Assembly (NCBI GenBank): GCA_041613315.1
Contig: JBFJHJ010000016.1
Span: 1 to 61,326, forward strand
From: Gemmatimonadales bacterium
Lineage (GTDB): Bacteria > Gemmatimonadota > Gemmatimonadetes > Gemmatimonadales > GWC2-71-9
DNA length: 61,326 nucleotides
Direction: 5' to 3'
The translations under genes were made by a program, and so were the position numbers. This document shows, one piece after another, positions 23,315 through 33,004 of this stretch. The notes under the pieces are model-generated. The model was not told the origin of the DNA. It was given only the letters and a program-made list of their open reading frames with translations, and ran no database searches. How positions within the stretch are numbered: position 1 is the first letter of the stretch; each line of letters opens with the position of its first letter.

Positions 23315-24305
23315 CGGCCTTGGACTCCTTCCGCTCGTCCCCCTGCGAAGTGTCCCGCCGCTCCGTCAGGTATTTCTCCGCCGCGATGGCCGCCGTGGTG
23401 GCGTCCCCCACCGCGGTGGTGATTTGCCGCGTGAGCTGCGCGCGGAGATCGCCGGCGGCGAAGAGCCCGGGGATCGAGGTCATCATATGCTGGTCGGTGA
23501 TGATGTACCCGTTCGCATCGTGGTTCACGTGCCCCTTCACGAGCCCGGTGTTCGGCAGGAAGCCGATGAAGATGAACACGCCGCCCACCGGCAGTTTCGA
23601 CGTCTCGCCGGTCGCCGTGTCCGTGAGCCGGAGGTGGGTGACGCCGGTTGCGGTGCCCTCGATCTCCTCCACGACCTTGTTCCACACGACCGCGATCTTC
23701 GGATTGCTCAAGGCGCGCTTCTGGATGATGGGGGAGGCCCGCAGCTGGTCGCGCCGGTGCACGATGTACACCTTCTCCGCGTACCGCGTCAGGTAATCGG
23801 CCTCCTCCACCGCCGCGTCACCACCACCCACCACGGCCAGCACTTCCCCCTTGAAGAACGCGCCGTCGCACACCGCGCAATACGACACACCCTTCCCCGC
23901 GTATTCCCCCTCCCCCGGCACGCCCAGCTTCCGTGGGGTGCCGCCGGCCGTGAGGATCACGACGGGCGCCCGGTACGTCGCCCCGAGCTGCGTACGCACG
24001 TCAAACGTGCCGTCCGCGCGGCGCACGATCTCGTCGGCGGTGTCCATCACGATCTCGGCGCCGAACTTCTTCGCGTGGCTCGTCATCTTCTCGGCGAGAT
24101 CCCGCCCGAGGATGCTCTCGAAACCGATGTAGTCCTCGATCACCTCGGTATTCAGGAGCTCCCCGCCGGGGACCCCCCGCTCGATCAACAGCGTGTCGAG
24201 CATCCCGCGCCCCGCATACATCGCGGCGCAGAGGCCGGCGGGGCCTCCGCCGACAACGATCACGTCGTGATTCCGCGTCGTCTTTCCGTCCGTCTTCCGT
24301 GTCAC
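23301..24305 (-). CDS. trxB: Thioredoxin-disulfide reductase
   Basis: GGGPAG, GVSYCAVCDG, GGGDAAVEEA, FAAGD...RQITTAVGD. Confidence 0.96.
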   Translation of the reverse strand: MTRKTDGKTTRNHDVIVVGGGPAGLCAAMYAGRGMLDTLLIERGVPGGELLNTEVIEDYIGFESILGRDLAEKMTSHAKKFGAEIVMDTADEIVRRADGTFDVRTQLGATYRAPVVILTAGGTPRKLGVPGEGEYAGKGVSYCAVCDGAFFKGEVLAVVGGGDAAVEEADYLTRYAEKVYIVHRRDQLRASPIIQKRALSNPKIAVVWNKVVEEIEGTATGVTHLRLTDTATGETSKLPVGGVFIFIGFLPNTGLVKGHVNHDANGYIITDQHMMTSIPGLFAAGDLRAQLTRQITTAVGDATTAAIAAEKYLTERRDTSQGDERKESKAVAST

Positions 24306-24691
24306 GTCGACCTCAGGTGCAGTGTTGGCGCCGGTCCGCCCGCCGCGAGTGCTTGCTCGAGTGACCGGCGGAACGCCACCGTTTCGAATTCCACATCCGG
24401 ACGCTGCGGACCCGACAGCTTTCCCAGCGCCGCCCCTCCAACCACGGCGACCCCGTGGCGGTTCCCTCGCTCGCGGTGAAGCAGGGCCGCCGCCGCCTGA
24501 ATCAACCCCTGGATCACCGCCGCTTCCGCTGGGTCTCTAAGGGAACGCCATATCGCTTCCAGCTCCTCGTGCGCCTCCCAGAACGCCCCGCCGTTGAACA
24601 GCGCCACCGCGCGGCGCGCATGGGCCGCCCGCTCGGGGGCCGGCAGCGGCCGGTAGCGACGCTCGGGACGCTTCTCGGGTTTCCGTAACAT
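24302..24691 (-). CDS. DUF309 family protein
   Basis: LFNGGAFWEAHEELEAIW...QGLIQAAAALLH...GN; alternative GTG start at 24739. Confidence 0.85.
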   Translation of the reverse strand: MLRKPEKRPERRYRPLPAPERAAHARRAVALFNGGAFWEAHEELEAIWRSLRDPAEAAVIQGLIQAAAALLHRERGNRHGVAVVGGAALGKLSGPQRPDVEFETVAFRRSLEQALAAGGPAPTLHLRST

Positions 24692-24750
24692 AGCGAGTCC
24701 GTGAACCGTTGTCCGTGCCTCATTGTCCGTCTCGAACACGGACCACGCCT

Positions 24751-25194
24751 CTACCCCCCGAGCGCCGCCAGCACCTCCTGCGCGCCGGGCGCGCCGCGCG
24801 TCGCGAACACCACCGTTCCATCCTGCTCGACCAACACGACGCTCCGAGCGATCCCCTTGCCATCGTCCTTCAGCGCGCCATAGGCGCGGGCGGTGACGCG
24901 GGCCGGATCACTGAGCAAGGGGAACGGCAGCTTGAGCTTCGCCGCGTAGCGAGCGTGGCTCTCAGCACCGGCAGGGTTCACCCCGAACGGCTGCACGTTC
25001 GACCCTCGGTATCGCTCGATCTCATCGCGCACGGCGGAGAGTTGGCGGTTTCACCCGGGGGTGTTGTTCCCCGGATAGAAGACAAGGAGGGCGCGCGCGT
25101 CTCCCAGCACCGCGCCCAGTCCGTAACGGCGTCCGTCGGAGGCCTCCAGGTCGAACTCCAGCGCCGGAGCGCCGACAGCGATCAGTTCGGTCAC
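24751..25194 (-). CDS. Peroxiredoxin (BCP/AhpC-TSA), predicted selenoprotein (TxxU, TGA at 25051-25053)
   Basis: GTG start overlaps PHP stop; VGAPALEFDL...VFYPGNNTPG-TGA-NRQL...LPFPLLSD...IARSVVLV in one frame; TGA at the peroxidatic Cys. Confidence 0.87.
25021..25041 (-). promoter_or_regulatory. Putative bacterial SECIS hairpin of the peroxiredoxin gene
   Basis: CTC-TC-CGC-[CGT]-GCG-c-GA-t-GAG; bulged stem, GU-containing loop about 17 nt after UGA. Confidence 0.45.
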
Positions 25195-26048
25195 GGCTCC
25201 ACCTCCGACGGGGTGCCGCGCTCCTGATGCAAGTGCTCCAGCGCGGCGAGCCACGCGGGTGGGACGGGAAGACTGCCCAGCGAGGCCCGCTCCGGTGGCC
25301 CCACCGCGCCGTCCCCGTGCCAATCGGACCCGCCCGTGAGGAGCAGGCCGAGCTGGCCGGCGGCCGCCTCGATTCGTCGCTGCCGCTCTGCGTCGTGCGA
25401 CGGATGAACGACCTCCACGGCATCCACGCCCGCGGCGGCGAGACTCGCGAGCACGGTGCGGTTCGCCCGGCCGCCCAGATGCGCCGCGGAGGATACCCCG
25501 GCCAGGCGGCGGACCAGGGCCGTTACCTCCGCGACGGCCGGCAACCGCTTCGGGACGAACGCCGGGCGCCCGCGACCGAGGTAGCGCTCGAACGCGGCCG
25601 ACACGTCGGTCACGGCGTCCCGGGCGACCAGCGCCCGCGCTACGTGGGGCCGACCGACCGCGCCGCCGTCCGCCTCGCTGAGCACCTCGTCGAGCGTGAG
25701 CCCGATCCCCGCCGCGCGGAGCCGGCGGACCATCTCGGCCGCGCGCCGACGCCGGTGGCGGCGTTGGGCCGCCAGAAACGTGTTGAGCTCGGGGGCGTCC
25801 ACGGGCAGACAGTAGGCCAGCAAGTGCATCTCCCCCCAACCCACCGCCACGCTGAACTCACAGCCCGCCACGACGCGAACGCCAGCGTCCCGTCCCACAC
25901 GTCGCGCATCCGCGACACCCTCTATCGTGTCGTGGTCCGTGAGGGCGAAGACGTCGAGGCCGGCCGCCGCCGCGCGGCGCGCGACGTCGCCGGGAGCGTA
26001 CTCGCCATCGGAGGCGGTCGAATGGACGTGGAGGTCGACGCCCGCCAC
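25191..26048 (-). CDS. PHP domain phosphoesterase (TrpH/YciV-like)
   Basis: DLHVHSTASDG, ALTDHDT, GRPHVA, TGGSDWHG. Confidence 0.92.
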   Translation of the reverse strand: MAGVDLHVHSTASDGEYAPGDVARRAAAAGLDVFALTDHDTIEGVADARRVGRDAGVRVVAGCEFSVAVGWGEMHLLAYCLPVDAPELNTFLAAQRRHRRRRAAEMVRRLRAAGIGLTLDEVLSEADGGAVGRPHVARALVARDAVTDVSAAFERYLGRGRPAFVPKRLPAVAEVTALVRRLAGVSSAAHLGGRANRTVLASLAAAGVDAVEVVHPSHDAERQRRIEAAAGQLGLLLTGGSDWHGDGAVGPPERASLGSLPVPPAWLAALEHLHQERGTPSEVEP

Positions 26049-26049
26049 G

Positions 26050-26325
26050 CTAGCGGGCCTCCCGCCCGTAGCGGGTGTCCGGACTGGTGCGCGCGGGCTG
26101 CGACTCCCGGAACAACTCGAGCAGCCGCGGCTCCGCCAGCTCGGCCAGCGCAGCGTCCCAGCGGCGGGCACCCAACGGCGAGAATCGCGTCACGCGGCGC
26201 ACCCGCTCCGGGCCCGTCCCTTTCTCGAACACGAGCCCGAATTCGTCCCGATCGTAGGCCGTGATCCGACCGGACGGATAGACGTGCCAGCGCTCGCCGT
26301 CCACCTCGATCGTGCGGCGGGCCAT
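26050..26325 (-). CDS. Hypothetical protein
   Basis: 91-aa ORF with 1-4 bp gaps to both neighbours and protein-like composition. Confidence 0.7.
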   Translation of the reverse strand: MARRTIEVDGERWHVYPSGRITAYDRDEFGLVFEKGTGPERVRRVTRFSPLGARRWDAALAELAEPRLLELFRESQPARTSPDTRYGREAR

Positions 26326-26329
26326 CGAC

Positions 26330-27733
26330 TCAGACCGCGCCTTCGGGAAACTGCTCCAGGTCTCGCTTCACGTCGGCCATGAAGCGGTCCGCGTCGGCGC
26401 CGTCCACGATGCGGTGGTCGTACGCCAGCGAGAGCATGCCCATCATCCGGATGGCGATCACGTCCTGCCCGCCGTCCAGCGTGAGCACCTTGGGCCGCTT
26501 CTCGATGGCCCCGACACCCAGAATCGCCACCTGCGGCTGGTTGATGATCGGGTCGCCCACCCAGCTGCCGAACACGCCGGGGTTGGTGATGGTGAAGGTT
26601 CCCTGTTGCACCTCGTCGGGACTCAGCTTCTTGGTGCGCGCCCGTTCGCCAAGATCCGCGATGGTCTTCGCGATTCCGAGCAGGGACAGCTCGTCCGCGT
26701 GCTTCACCACGGGGACGATAAGACCCCAGTCGAGCGCCACCGCGATGCCGATATTGATCGGCTGTCGGTAGATGATGTTGGTCCCACTCACCGATGCGTT
26801 CACCACCGGGTGCTGCCGGAGATTGTCGGCGACGACCTTCGTGATGAACGCGAGGTACGTGAGTTTCGTCCCTTGTTCCTCGTACTCGCGCTTCTTCCGG
26901 TCGCGCAACGCCGCGATCCCGCTGTAATCGACCTCGTAGTAGCTCACGACGTGGGCCGAGATCCGTCGCGACACGACCATGTGATCCGCGGTGAGCCGGC
27001 GAATGCGACTCATCGGCTCGACGCGATCGCCGGGCCACGCCTCTACCGTGGGGTGTTGGACCGCCCCAGCCGCCACGGTCCCGGCGGGAGGGGCAGCGGG
27101 GGCAGCACCTGGGCGCGCGGCGCCCGACGCGATGTAGGCGAGGATGTCCTTCTTGGTCACGCGGCCGGCATAGCCCGTGCCTTCAATGCGGTTAATGTCG
27201 ACCTGGTGCTCCGCCGCGATCTTGCGGACGAGCGGTGTGGAGCGGCGGCGCAGGCGGTCCTCTTTTGTCTCATCGGCTCCGCCCCGCCCGTCTCCGGCAG
27301 GGGCGGCAGACGCGGGAGGAGCGGCGGCGGCGGCGGCGGCAGGCGCGGCCGCCTGGGCCGCCGGGCGCTGCCGCTGGCGGCGCTCGGGCGGCGTCTCCGG
27401 CCGCCTCTCGGCTTCCTTGGTCGCCGCGGCGGGGGCTTGCTCCTCCCCTTTCTCTTTCTTCTGTGGTGCCGCTCCCACCTCCGCCGCACCTTTGTCCGTC
27501 TCGATCACGGCCACGACCGTTTGGACCTCGACCGTCTGCCCCTCCTGTACCTTGATCTCGGCGAGGATGCCGGCGGCGGGCGACGGAATTTCCGCGTCCA
27601 CTTTATCCGTCGAGATCTCGAGAATCGGCTCGTCGCGCTTGACCGAGTCGCCGACGTTCTTCAGCCACTTGGAGACGGTGCCCTCGGCAATCGATTCTCC
27701 CATCTGCGGCATGATGACGTCTACGCGGGCCAT
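26330..27733 (-). CDS. 2-oxoacid dehydrogenase E2 (dihydrolipoamide acyltransferase)
   Basis: Lipoyl MPQMGESIAEG...ISTDKVDAE; E3-binding TPLVRKIA...GRVTKKD; catalytic DHRIVDG. Confidence 0.95.
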   Translation of the reverse strand: MARVDVIMPQMGESIAEGTVSKWLKNVGDSVKRDEPILEISTDKVDAEIPSPAAGILAEIKVQEGQTVEVQTVVAVIETDKGAAEVGAAPQKKEKGEEQAPAAATKEAERRPETPPERRQRQRPAAQAAAPAAAAAAAPPASAAPAGDGRGGADETKEDRLRRRSTPLVRKIAAEHQVDINRIEGTGYAGRVTKKDILAYIASGAARPGAAPAAPPAGTVAAGAVQHPTVEAWPGDRVEPMSRIRRLTADHMVVSRRISAHVVSYYEVDYSGIAALRDRKKREYEEQGTKLTYLAFITKVVADNLRQHPVVNASVSGTNIIYRQPINIGIAVALDWGLIVPVVKHADELSLLGIAKTIADLGERARTKKLSPDEVQQGTFTITNPGVFGSWVGDPIINQPQVAILGVGAIEKRPKVLTLDGGQDVIAIRMMGMLSLAYDHRIVDGADADRFMADVKRDLEQFPEGAV

Positions 27734-27813
27734 GTATCCCACTCCTCGGTCGTCGAACAGGCGGGCGGTAAGGCGGTCGGTCTGCTCCCGGGTCGGCCAA
27801 CCGCGTGCCCGCA

Positions 27814-27837
27814 TTAGCGGCTTAGCGCCTTAGCGGC
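27814..27837. repeat. 8-bp tandem repeat x3
   Basis: TTAGCGGC TTAGCGCC TTAGCGGC in the E1beta-E2 intergenic region. Confidence 0.7.
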
Positions 27838-27854
27838 TCCAACAAACTATCTCC

Positions 27855-28835
27855 TCAGTACGCCAGCAACCACCGCGCCCCCTGAACGATGTCGTCGGTC
27901 TGCGGCAGGACGTAGTCCTCGAGGGTCGGCGCGTATGGGAGCGGGGTGTCGTGCGCCGTCACCCGCATCACCGGACCGTCCAACCACTCGAAGGCGCCTT
28001 CGTTGATCCGGGCGGTGATCTCCCCCGCCACGCCCCCGGTGCGGGTGTCCTCATGCACGATCAAGACCTTGCTGGTCTTTTTGACGGACCGAACGATGGC
28101 GTCCTCATCCATGGGGAGCAGCGTGCGCAGGTCGAGCACTTCGACCGAGGCGCCGTCCTCCCGCTCGATCTGCTCGGCGGCCTCCAGCGATTTCCACACC
28201 ATGGCCGACCAGGTGATGATCGTGAGGTCGGCGCCCTCGCGCGCCACGCGGGCCTTCCCGATGGGCGTCAGGATCTCGTCACCCTCGGGGAGCTCGTCCT
28301 TGATCCGGCGGTAGAGATACTTGTGCTCGAAGTAGATGACCGGATCCTCGTCGCGGATCGCCGCCTTGATCAGGCCCTTGGCGTCCCGCACCGTCGCAGG
28401 GCACACGAGCTTGAGCCCCGGCGTGTGGAAGAATCCCGCTTCCGGCATCTGGGAGTGGAACGGGCCGCCCCGCACGTAACCGCCCGAGGGGCCGCGCACG
28501 ACGAGTGGCGTGGCGAGGCCCGCCCGATAGCGCGCCGTGGCAACGTAGTTCGTCAGCATGTCGTACGCGCACGAGATGAAATCGATGAACTGCATCTCGG
28601 CCACCGGCCGCATGCCCATGTGGGCCGCGCCCGCCGCCGCGCCGACGATGGCCGCCTCGCTGATCGGCGTGTCGATCACGCGCGCCGGCCCGAAGCGCTC
28701 CTGGAAGCCCTCGGTGACTTTGAATGCCCCGCCGTACACCCCGATGTCCTCGCCCAGCAGGAACACGCGCTCGTCGCGCTCCATCTCTTCCCACAGTCCC
28801 TGACGGAGGGCTTCGAGGTAGGTGACTTCAGGCAT
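27855..28835 (-). CDS. 2-oxoacid dehydrogenase E1 beta subunit
   Basis: GEDIGVYGGAF, DTPISEAAI, AEMQFIDF, GGPFHSQ. Confidence 0.95.
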   Translation of the reverse strand: MPEVTYLEALRQGLWEEMERDERVFLLGEDIGVYGGAFKVTEGFQERFGPARVIDTPISEAAIVGAAAGAAHMGMRPVAEMQFIDFISCAYDMLTNYVATARYRAGLATPLVVRGPSGGYVRGGPFHSQMPEAGFFHTPGLKLVCPATVRDAKGLIKAAIRDEDPVIYFEHKYLYRRIKDELPEGDEILTPIGKARVAREGADLTIITWSAMVWKSLEAAEQIEREDGASVEVLDLRTLLPMDEDAIVRSVKKTSKVLIVHEDTRTGGVAGEITARINEGAFEWLDGPVMRVTAHDTPLPYAPTLEDYVLPQTDDIVQGARWLLAY

Positions 28836-29868
28836 CGCGCCTCCTGAACCACAGCGGCTCCGCGTGCGGCGGATCGGCGTACACGCCGCCCAGCGCCGAG
28901 TCGCCGCCGGGCAGCGGGTCCTCGATACACGCCTCCAGCGCCCCGTCCAACTCTCCGACCACCCGCCGGTCGATCGCCGCCAAGGCGGTCCTGTCGACCC
29001 ACGCTTCGTCGGTCACGCGCGTCACGTAGCGGTCAATGGGGTCCTTCGCCTCCCAGGCCGAAATCTCGGCCTTCGGCTGGTAGCGCTGATCGTCGTGTTC
29101 GGCGTGACCCTTGCGGCGGTACGTCACGCACTCGAGCAAGCTGGTGCCGCCGCCGTCCCGCGCCTGGGCGGCGAACGCCCGGGTCGCCTCATACACGGCG
29201 AACACGTCGTTGCCGTCCACCGTCTTGGCGGGAATGCCGTAGGCGTGGGCCTTGTCCGCGAGCTGCTCCACCGCGGTCTGTCTGGCGGTCGGCGTCGAGT
29301 AGGCGTAGCCGTTGTGCTCGACGATCACAACGAGCGGGAGCCGCTGCACGGCGGCGAAATTGACGCCCTCGTGGAACGCGCCGGTGCTGGTCGCGCCGTC
29401 GCCCACGTACACCAGCCCGACACGACGCTGCCCGCGCATCTTGAACGTGAGGGTGATGCCGGCCAGGACCGGAACCATATCGCCCAGGTGCGAGATCTGT
29501 CCGAGGTAGCCGAGCTTGAGGTCGTTGAAGTGGACGTTCATCTCGCGGCCCATCGTCGGGCTGGTCGCCTTCGCCATGTACTGCCGCAGGATCTCGACGG
29601 GCCTTGCGCCCATCACGAGCATGGAGCCCAAATTGCGGATGAGGGGCGACATGATGTCGCCGGCCTCGAGCGCGTACGCGCTGGCGACGCTTTCGCCCTC
29701 CTGTCCGAGGGAGCGATACAGCCCCCCGATGACCTTGCCCTGGCGGTAGAGATTGACGAGCCGCTCCTCGAGCAGCCGGGTGAGCCGCAGGTAGTAGTAG
29801 ATGTCGAGGAGCTCGTCCCGGGTGAGGCCGGCTGGAATGGGCCGAGTGGTGGCGACTCCCGATGCCAT
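28828..29868 (-). CDS. 2-oxoacid dehydrogenase E1 alpha subunit
   Basis: TPP motif GDGATSTG...VEHN, YRRKGHAEHDD. Confidence 0.95.
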   Translation of the reverse strand: MASGVATTRPIPAGLTRDELLDIYYYLRLTRLLEERLVNLYRQGKVIGGLYRSLGQEGESVASAYALEAGDIMSPLIRNLGSMLVMGARPVEILRQYMAKATSPTMGREMNVHFNDLKLGYLGQISHLGDMVPVLAGITLTFKMRGQRRVGLVYVGDGATSTGAFHEGVNFAAVQRLPLVVIVEHNGYAYSTPTARQTAVEQLADKAHAYGIPAKTVDGNDVFAVYEATRAFAAQARDGGGTSLLECVTYRRKGHAEHDDQRYQPKAEISAWEAKDPIDRYVTRVTDEAWVDRTALAAIDRRVVGELDGALEACIEDPLPGGDSALGGVYADPPHAEPLWFRRRDA

Positions 29869-29871
29869 CGG

Positions 29872-30087
29872 TCAGGGGGTGCGCCGCGCGCCGTACCCCG
29901 CGGCTTCCACCGCGGCAATCAGCTGCTCGACCGAGACGCGCGCGTCGTCGAGGTCCACCTCCGCCTCCCCGCGTTTCAGGTCCACGGACGCCCCGTACAC
30001 CCCTCGCACGTCGTTCAGCGCGCGCTCGACCGTGCTCACGCAGTGACCGCAGGTCATGCCAGTGATGGTGAGTGCAATAGACGCCAT
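29872..30087 (-). CDS. copZ: Copper chaperone (HMA domain)
   Basis: ITGMTCGHC...VEAAGY. Confidence 0.9.
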   Translation of the reverse strand: MASIALTITGMTCGHCVSTVERALNDVRGVYGASVDLKRGEAEVDLDDARVSVEQLIAAVEAAGYGARRTP

Positions 30088-30157
30088 AACGTCACGGTAC
30101 CGGGCCGCGGGTGCCGGAGCATCCCTCACCCCAACACCTGAGACTCGATCAGGTCCC

Positions 30158-30448
30158 TCAGTACGCCCCTCGCACCTCGTACTCCCGATCCACCAGCTTG
30201 TGCACCACGGCCAGGAACCGCTTCGCCACCTTGTCCGCCTCGCTCTCCCCCACCTGGTCGGTCGCGACTCGCACCAGCGTATAGTGGCCGCCCTCGGCTT
30301 CCACCGTCACGGCGATCCGTCCCACCGGTCCGGAAAAGACCCGGTGGCGCTGGCCGGCCTCCTCGGCGGCGAGGCGGGCGCCAAGAAACCGGTCCGCCTC
30401 CCGGAGCACCGCGTCGGGCCGCGCGGACGTGCGGTGAAAGTAGCGCAT
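30158..30448 (-). CDS. Hypothetical protein
   Basis: 96-aa ORF starting 3 bp after the copA stop. Confidence 0.7.
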   Translation of the reverse strand: MRYFHRTSARPDAVLREADRFLGARLAAEEAGQRHRVFSGPVGRIAVTVEAEGGHYTLVRVATDQVGESEADKVAKRFLAVVHKLVDREYEVRGAY

Positions 30449-30451
30449 GGA

Positions 30452-33004
30452 TCAGGTCACCGGTGACGGGGTGAAGCGGCGGAGGCGCAAGCTGTTACCG
30501 ACCACGCTCAGGCTGGACAGCGCCATCGCCGCACTCGCGACGATCGGACTCAGCAGCAACCCCGTGAATGGATACAACACGCCCGCGGCCAGCGGTATCC
30601 CCAGCACGTTGTACACGAACGCGAAGAAGAGATTCGTGCGGATCGTCCGCATCGTCCGTCGCGACAGTTCGATCGCGGTCACGACCGCGGTGAGATCGCC
30701 GCGAAGCAACGTGATGTCCGACGCTTCGATCGCCACATCGGTTCCCGTACCGATCGCGAACCCCAGGTCGGCGCGCGCGAGGGCCGGCGCGTCGTTCAAC
30801 CCGTCCCCCACCATCGCCACCACGTGCCCATCCTGCTGGAGCCGGACGATCTCGTCGGCCTTGTCGCGGGGATCCACTTCGGCGATCACCCGATCGATCC
30901 CCACTTCCTTCGCTACGAGCCGCGCGGCCACTTTACTGTCGCCGCTCAACAAGTACAGGCGCAGTCCCATGGCCTTGAGTCGGCGTACCGTCGGCTTGAC
31001 GGACGGCTTGAGCTCGTCCGCGATCACGATGAGGCCCTGGACCAAATCGTTCACCACCAGCACCACGGGCGTGCGGCCCGCCAGCAGGTGCCGGTCCGCG
31101 TCCCGCTCCAGCGAACCCAAGGAAAGGCTGCGCTCTTCCGTGTGCCGAACGCTGATCACCTCGACCAGGAACTTCCCGACGATGCCCCGCACGCCGCGAC
31201 CTTCCATGGCCACGAAACGCTCGACCGGGAGCACGTCGACGGACTTCGCCTTGGCCGCCGACACGATCGCATGCGCTAGGGGATGCTCGGAGCGCCCCTC
31301 CACCGACGCCGCGAGTCGCAGGACCTCGGCCGGGCTCACGACGCTCCCGTCGGCGCGCTTGAGCCCCAGCACGTGCGTCACGGTGGGCTTGCCCTCGGTC
31401 AGGGTCCCGGTCTTGTCGAACACGACGATCCCGATACGTTGGACGGCCTCCAGCGCCTCGCCCCCGCGTATGAGAATCCCGTGCTCCGCCCCTTTGCCGG
31501 TCCCCACCATGATGGCCGTCGGGGTCGCGAGACCCAGCGCGCACGGGCACGCGATCACCAGCACCGTGACGAGGGCCACGGTGCTGAAGACCAGCACCGG
31601 CGGGGGCCCCACGACGAACCACACCACGAACGCGGCGAGGGCAATGGCGATGACGATGGGGACAAACACGCCCGCCACGCGGTCCGCCAGCCGCTGGACC
31701 GGGGCCTTGGAGCCCTGGGCTTCCTCCACCAAGCGGACGATCTGCGCCAACGCGGTGTCTTTCCCGACCGCCGTCGTCCGGTAGGTCAACGAGCCGGTCG
31801 TATTGATGGTGCCCCCGAACACCGCGTCCCCCCCCGTCTTGAGCACCGGCATCGGCTCGCCGGTGAGCATGGCCTCAGTGACGCTCGACTCACCGAATAC
31901 GACCACGCCGTCCACGGGCAGCGTCTCTCCCGGTCGCACGATGATCGCATCACCGACCCGGACCTCCTCAATCGGGAGATCGAGCGGCTCGCCCCCGCGC
32001 TCCACGCGCGCCGTCTTGGGCCGGAGGCCCAGGAGCCGCCGCACCGCCTCCGACGTCTGGCCCTTGGCGCGCGCCTCCAGCAGGCGCCCCAGCAAGATGA
32101 GGGCGATAATCGCGCTCACCGCCTCGAAGTAGACGTCGGCCGCGAGCCCGGCCCGCTCGAACAGCCCGGGGAACAGTGTGGCGACGGCCGAATACAGGAA
32201 TGCCGCCCCGGTCCCAACCGCGATCAGCGTGTTCATGTCCGCGGTCCGGTGTTTGAGACCGCTCCACGTCCCGCGGAAGAACTGCCGGCCGCTCCAGCCG
32301 AGCACGGGGATCGTCGTGGCCAGCATCACGAGCTTGAGGAGCCCGGGCGAGGCGTCGGCGAAGGCGTACAGGCCCGGCGCGAGGGTGCGAACCACGCTGT
32401 CGAGCGGTTGCAGCAGCCGCGCCACCAGGTCGTGCTCCTTCACCGTCATCCCGCCCATCAAAGGCATCGAGGCGATCATGGTGAAGGCGGCGACGGCCGC
32501 GGCGAGGGCGAACTTCCAGGTGAGCCAGCGGATCTCCGCCCGGTGTCGCAGCCGCTCCCGCTCCACCGGGTCCTCCGCCGCGATGGGCGCGGCGACGGTG
32601 AACCCCGCCCGCTCGACGGTCTCTTCGAGTTCCCGCCCGGTGACGAGCCCCGGGACGTACTCGACGCGCACCTGCTCGTTCGCCTGGTTGGCCGCCACGG
32701 CCAGCACGCCCGGCAGCTCGCCGAGCCGGCGCTCCAATCCCGCCACGCCCGCGGCGTAGTGGAGCCCTTCGACCGCAAACGTCGCCGTGGCCTTGGCACA
32801 GTCGTAGCCGGCGTCTCGCACGGCTTTGACGAGCTCTGCCAGCGACGTGCGGCCGTCGTCCACGGTCACCGTGGCCTTGCCGGTGGCGAAGTTGACCGCC
32901 GCGTCGCTCACGCCGGGTGCCTGGCTGAGCCGCTTCTGCACCGTGACCGCGCAGGCGCCGCACGTCATGCCCTCGACGGGCAGCGTGATGCGGGCGCTAG
33001 GCAT
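30452..33004 (-). CDS. copA: Cu(I)-translocating P1B-type ATPase
   Basis: [42 protein letters not shown] and MxxSS TM motifs. Confidence 0.95.
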   Translation of the reverse strand: MPSARITLPVEGMTCGACAVTVQKRLSQAPGVSDAAVNFATGKATVTVDDGRTSLAELVKAVRDAGYDCAKATATFAVEGLHYAAGVAGLERRLGELPGVLAVAANQANEQVRVEYVPGLVTGRELEETVERAGFTVAAPIAAEDPVERERLRHRAEIRWLTWKFALAAAVAAFTMIASMPLMGGMTVKEHDLVARLLQPLDSVVRTLAPGLYAFADASPGLLKLVMLATTIPVLGWSGRQFFRGTWSGLKHRTADMNTLIAVGTGAAFLYSAVATLFPGLFERAGLAADVYFEAVSAIIALILLGRLLEARAKGQTSEAVRRLLGLRPKTARVERGGEPLDLPIEEVRVGDAIIVRPGETLPVDGVVVFGESSVTEAMLTGEPMPVLKTGGDAVFGGTINTTGSLTYRTTAVGKDTALAQIVRLVEEAQGSKAPVQRLADRVAGVFVPIVIAIALAAFVVWFVVGPPPVLVFSTVALVTVLVIACPCALGLATPTAIMVGTGKGAEHGILIRGGEALEAVQRIGIVVFDKTGTLTEGKPTVTHVLGLKRADGSVVSPAEVLRLAASVEGRSEHPLAHAIVSAAKAKSVDVLPVERFVAMEGRGVRGIVGKFLVEVISVRHTEERSLSLGSLERDADRHLLAGRTPVVLVVNDLVQGLIVIADELKPSVKPTVRRLKAMGLRLYLLSGDSKVAARLVAKEVGIDRVIAEVDPRDKADEIVRLQQDGHVVAMVGDGLNDAPALARADLGFAIGTGTDVAIEASDITLLRGDLTAVVTAIELSRRTMRTIRTNLFFAFVYNVLGIPLAAGVLYPFTGLLLSPIVASAAMALSSLSVVGNSLRLRRFTPSPVT

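Noticed and set aside
21843..25194. Pseudogene or alternative genetic code explanation for the two in-frame TGAs
   Set aside because: TGA is a normal stop for many genes here (gmd, rpmJ, smpB). Both internal TGAs sit at catalytic Cys columns with intact downstream frames, so Sec is favoured, though sel genes are not in the window.
27814..27837. CRISPR array
   Set aside because: Only 8-bp units, no spacers and no cas genes.
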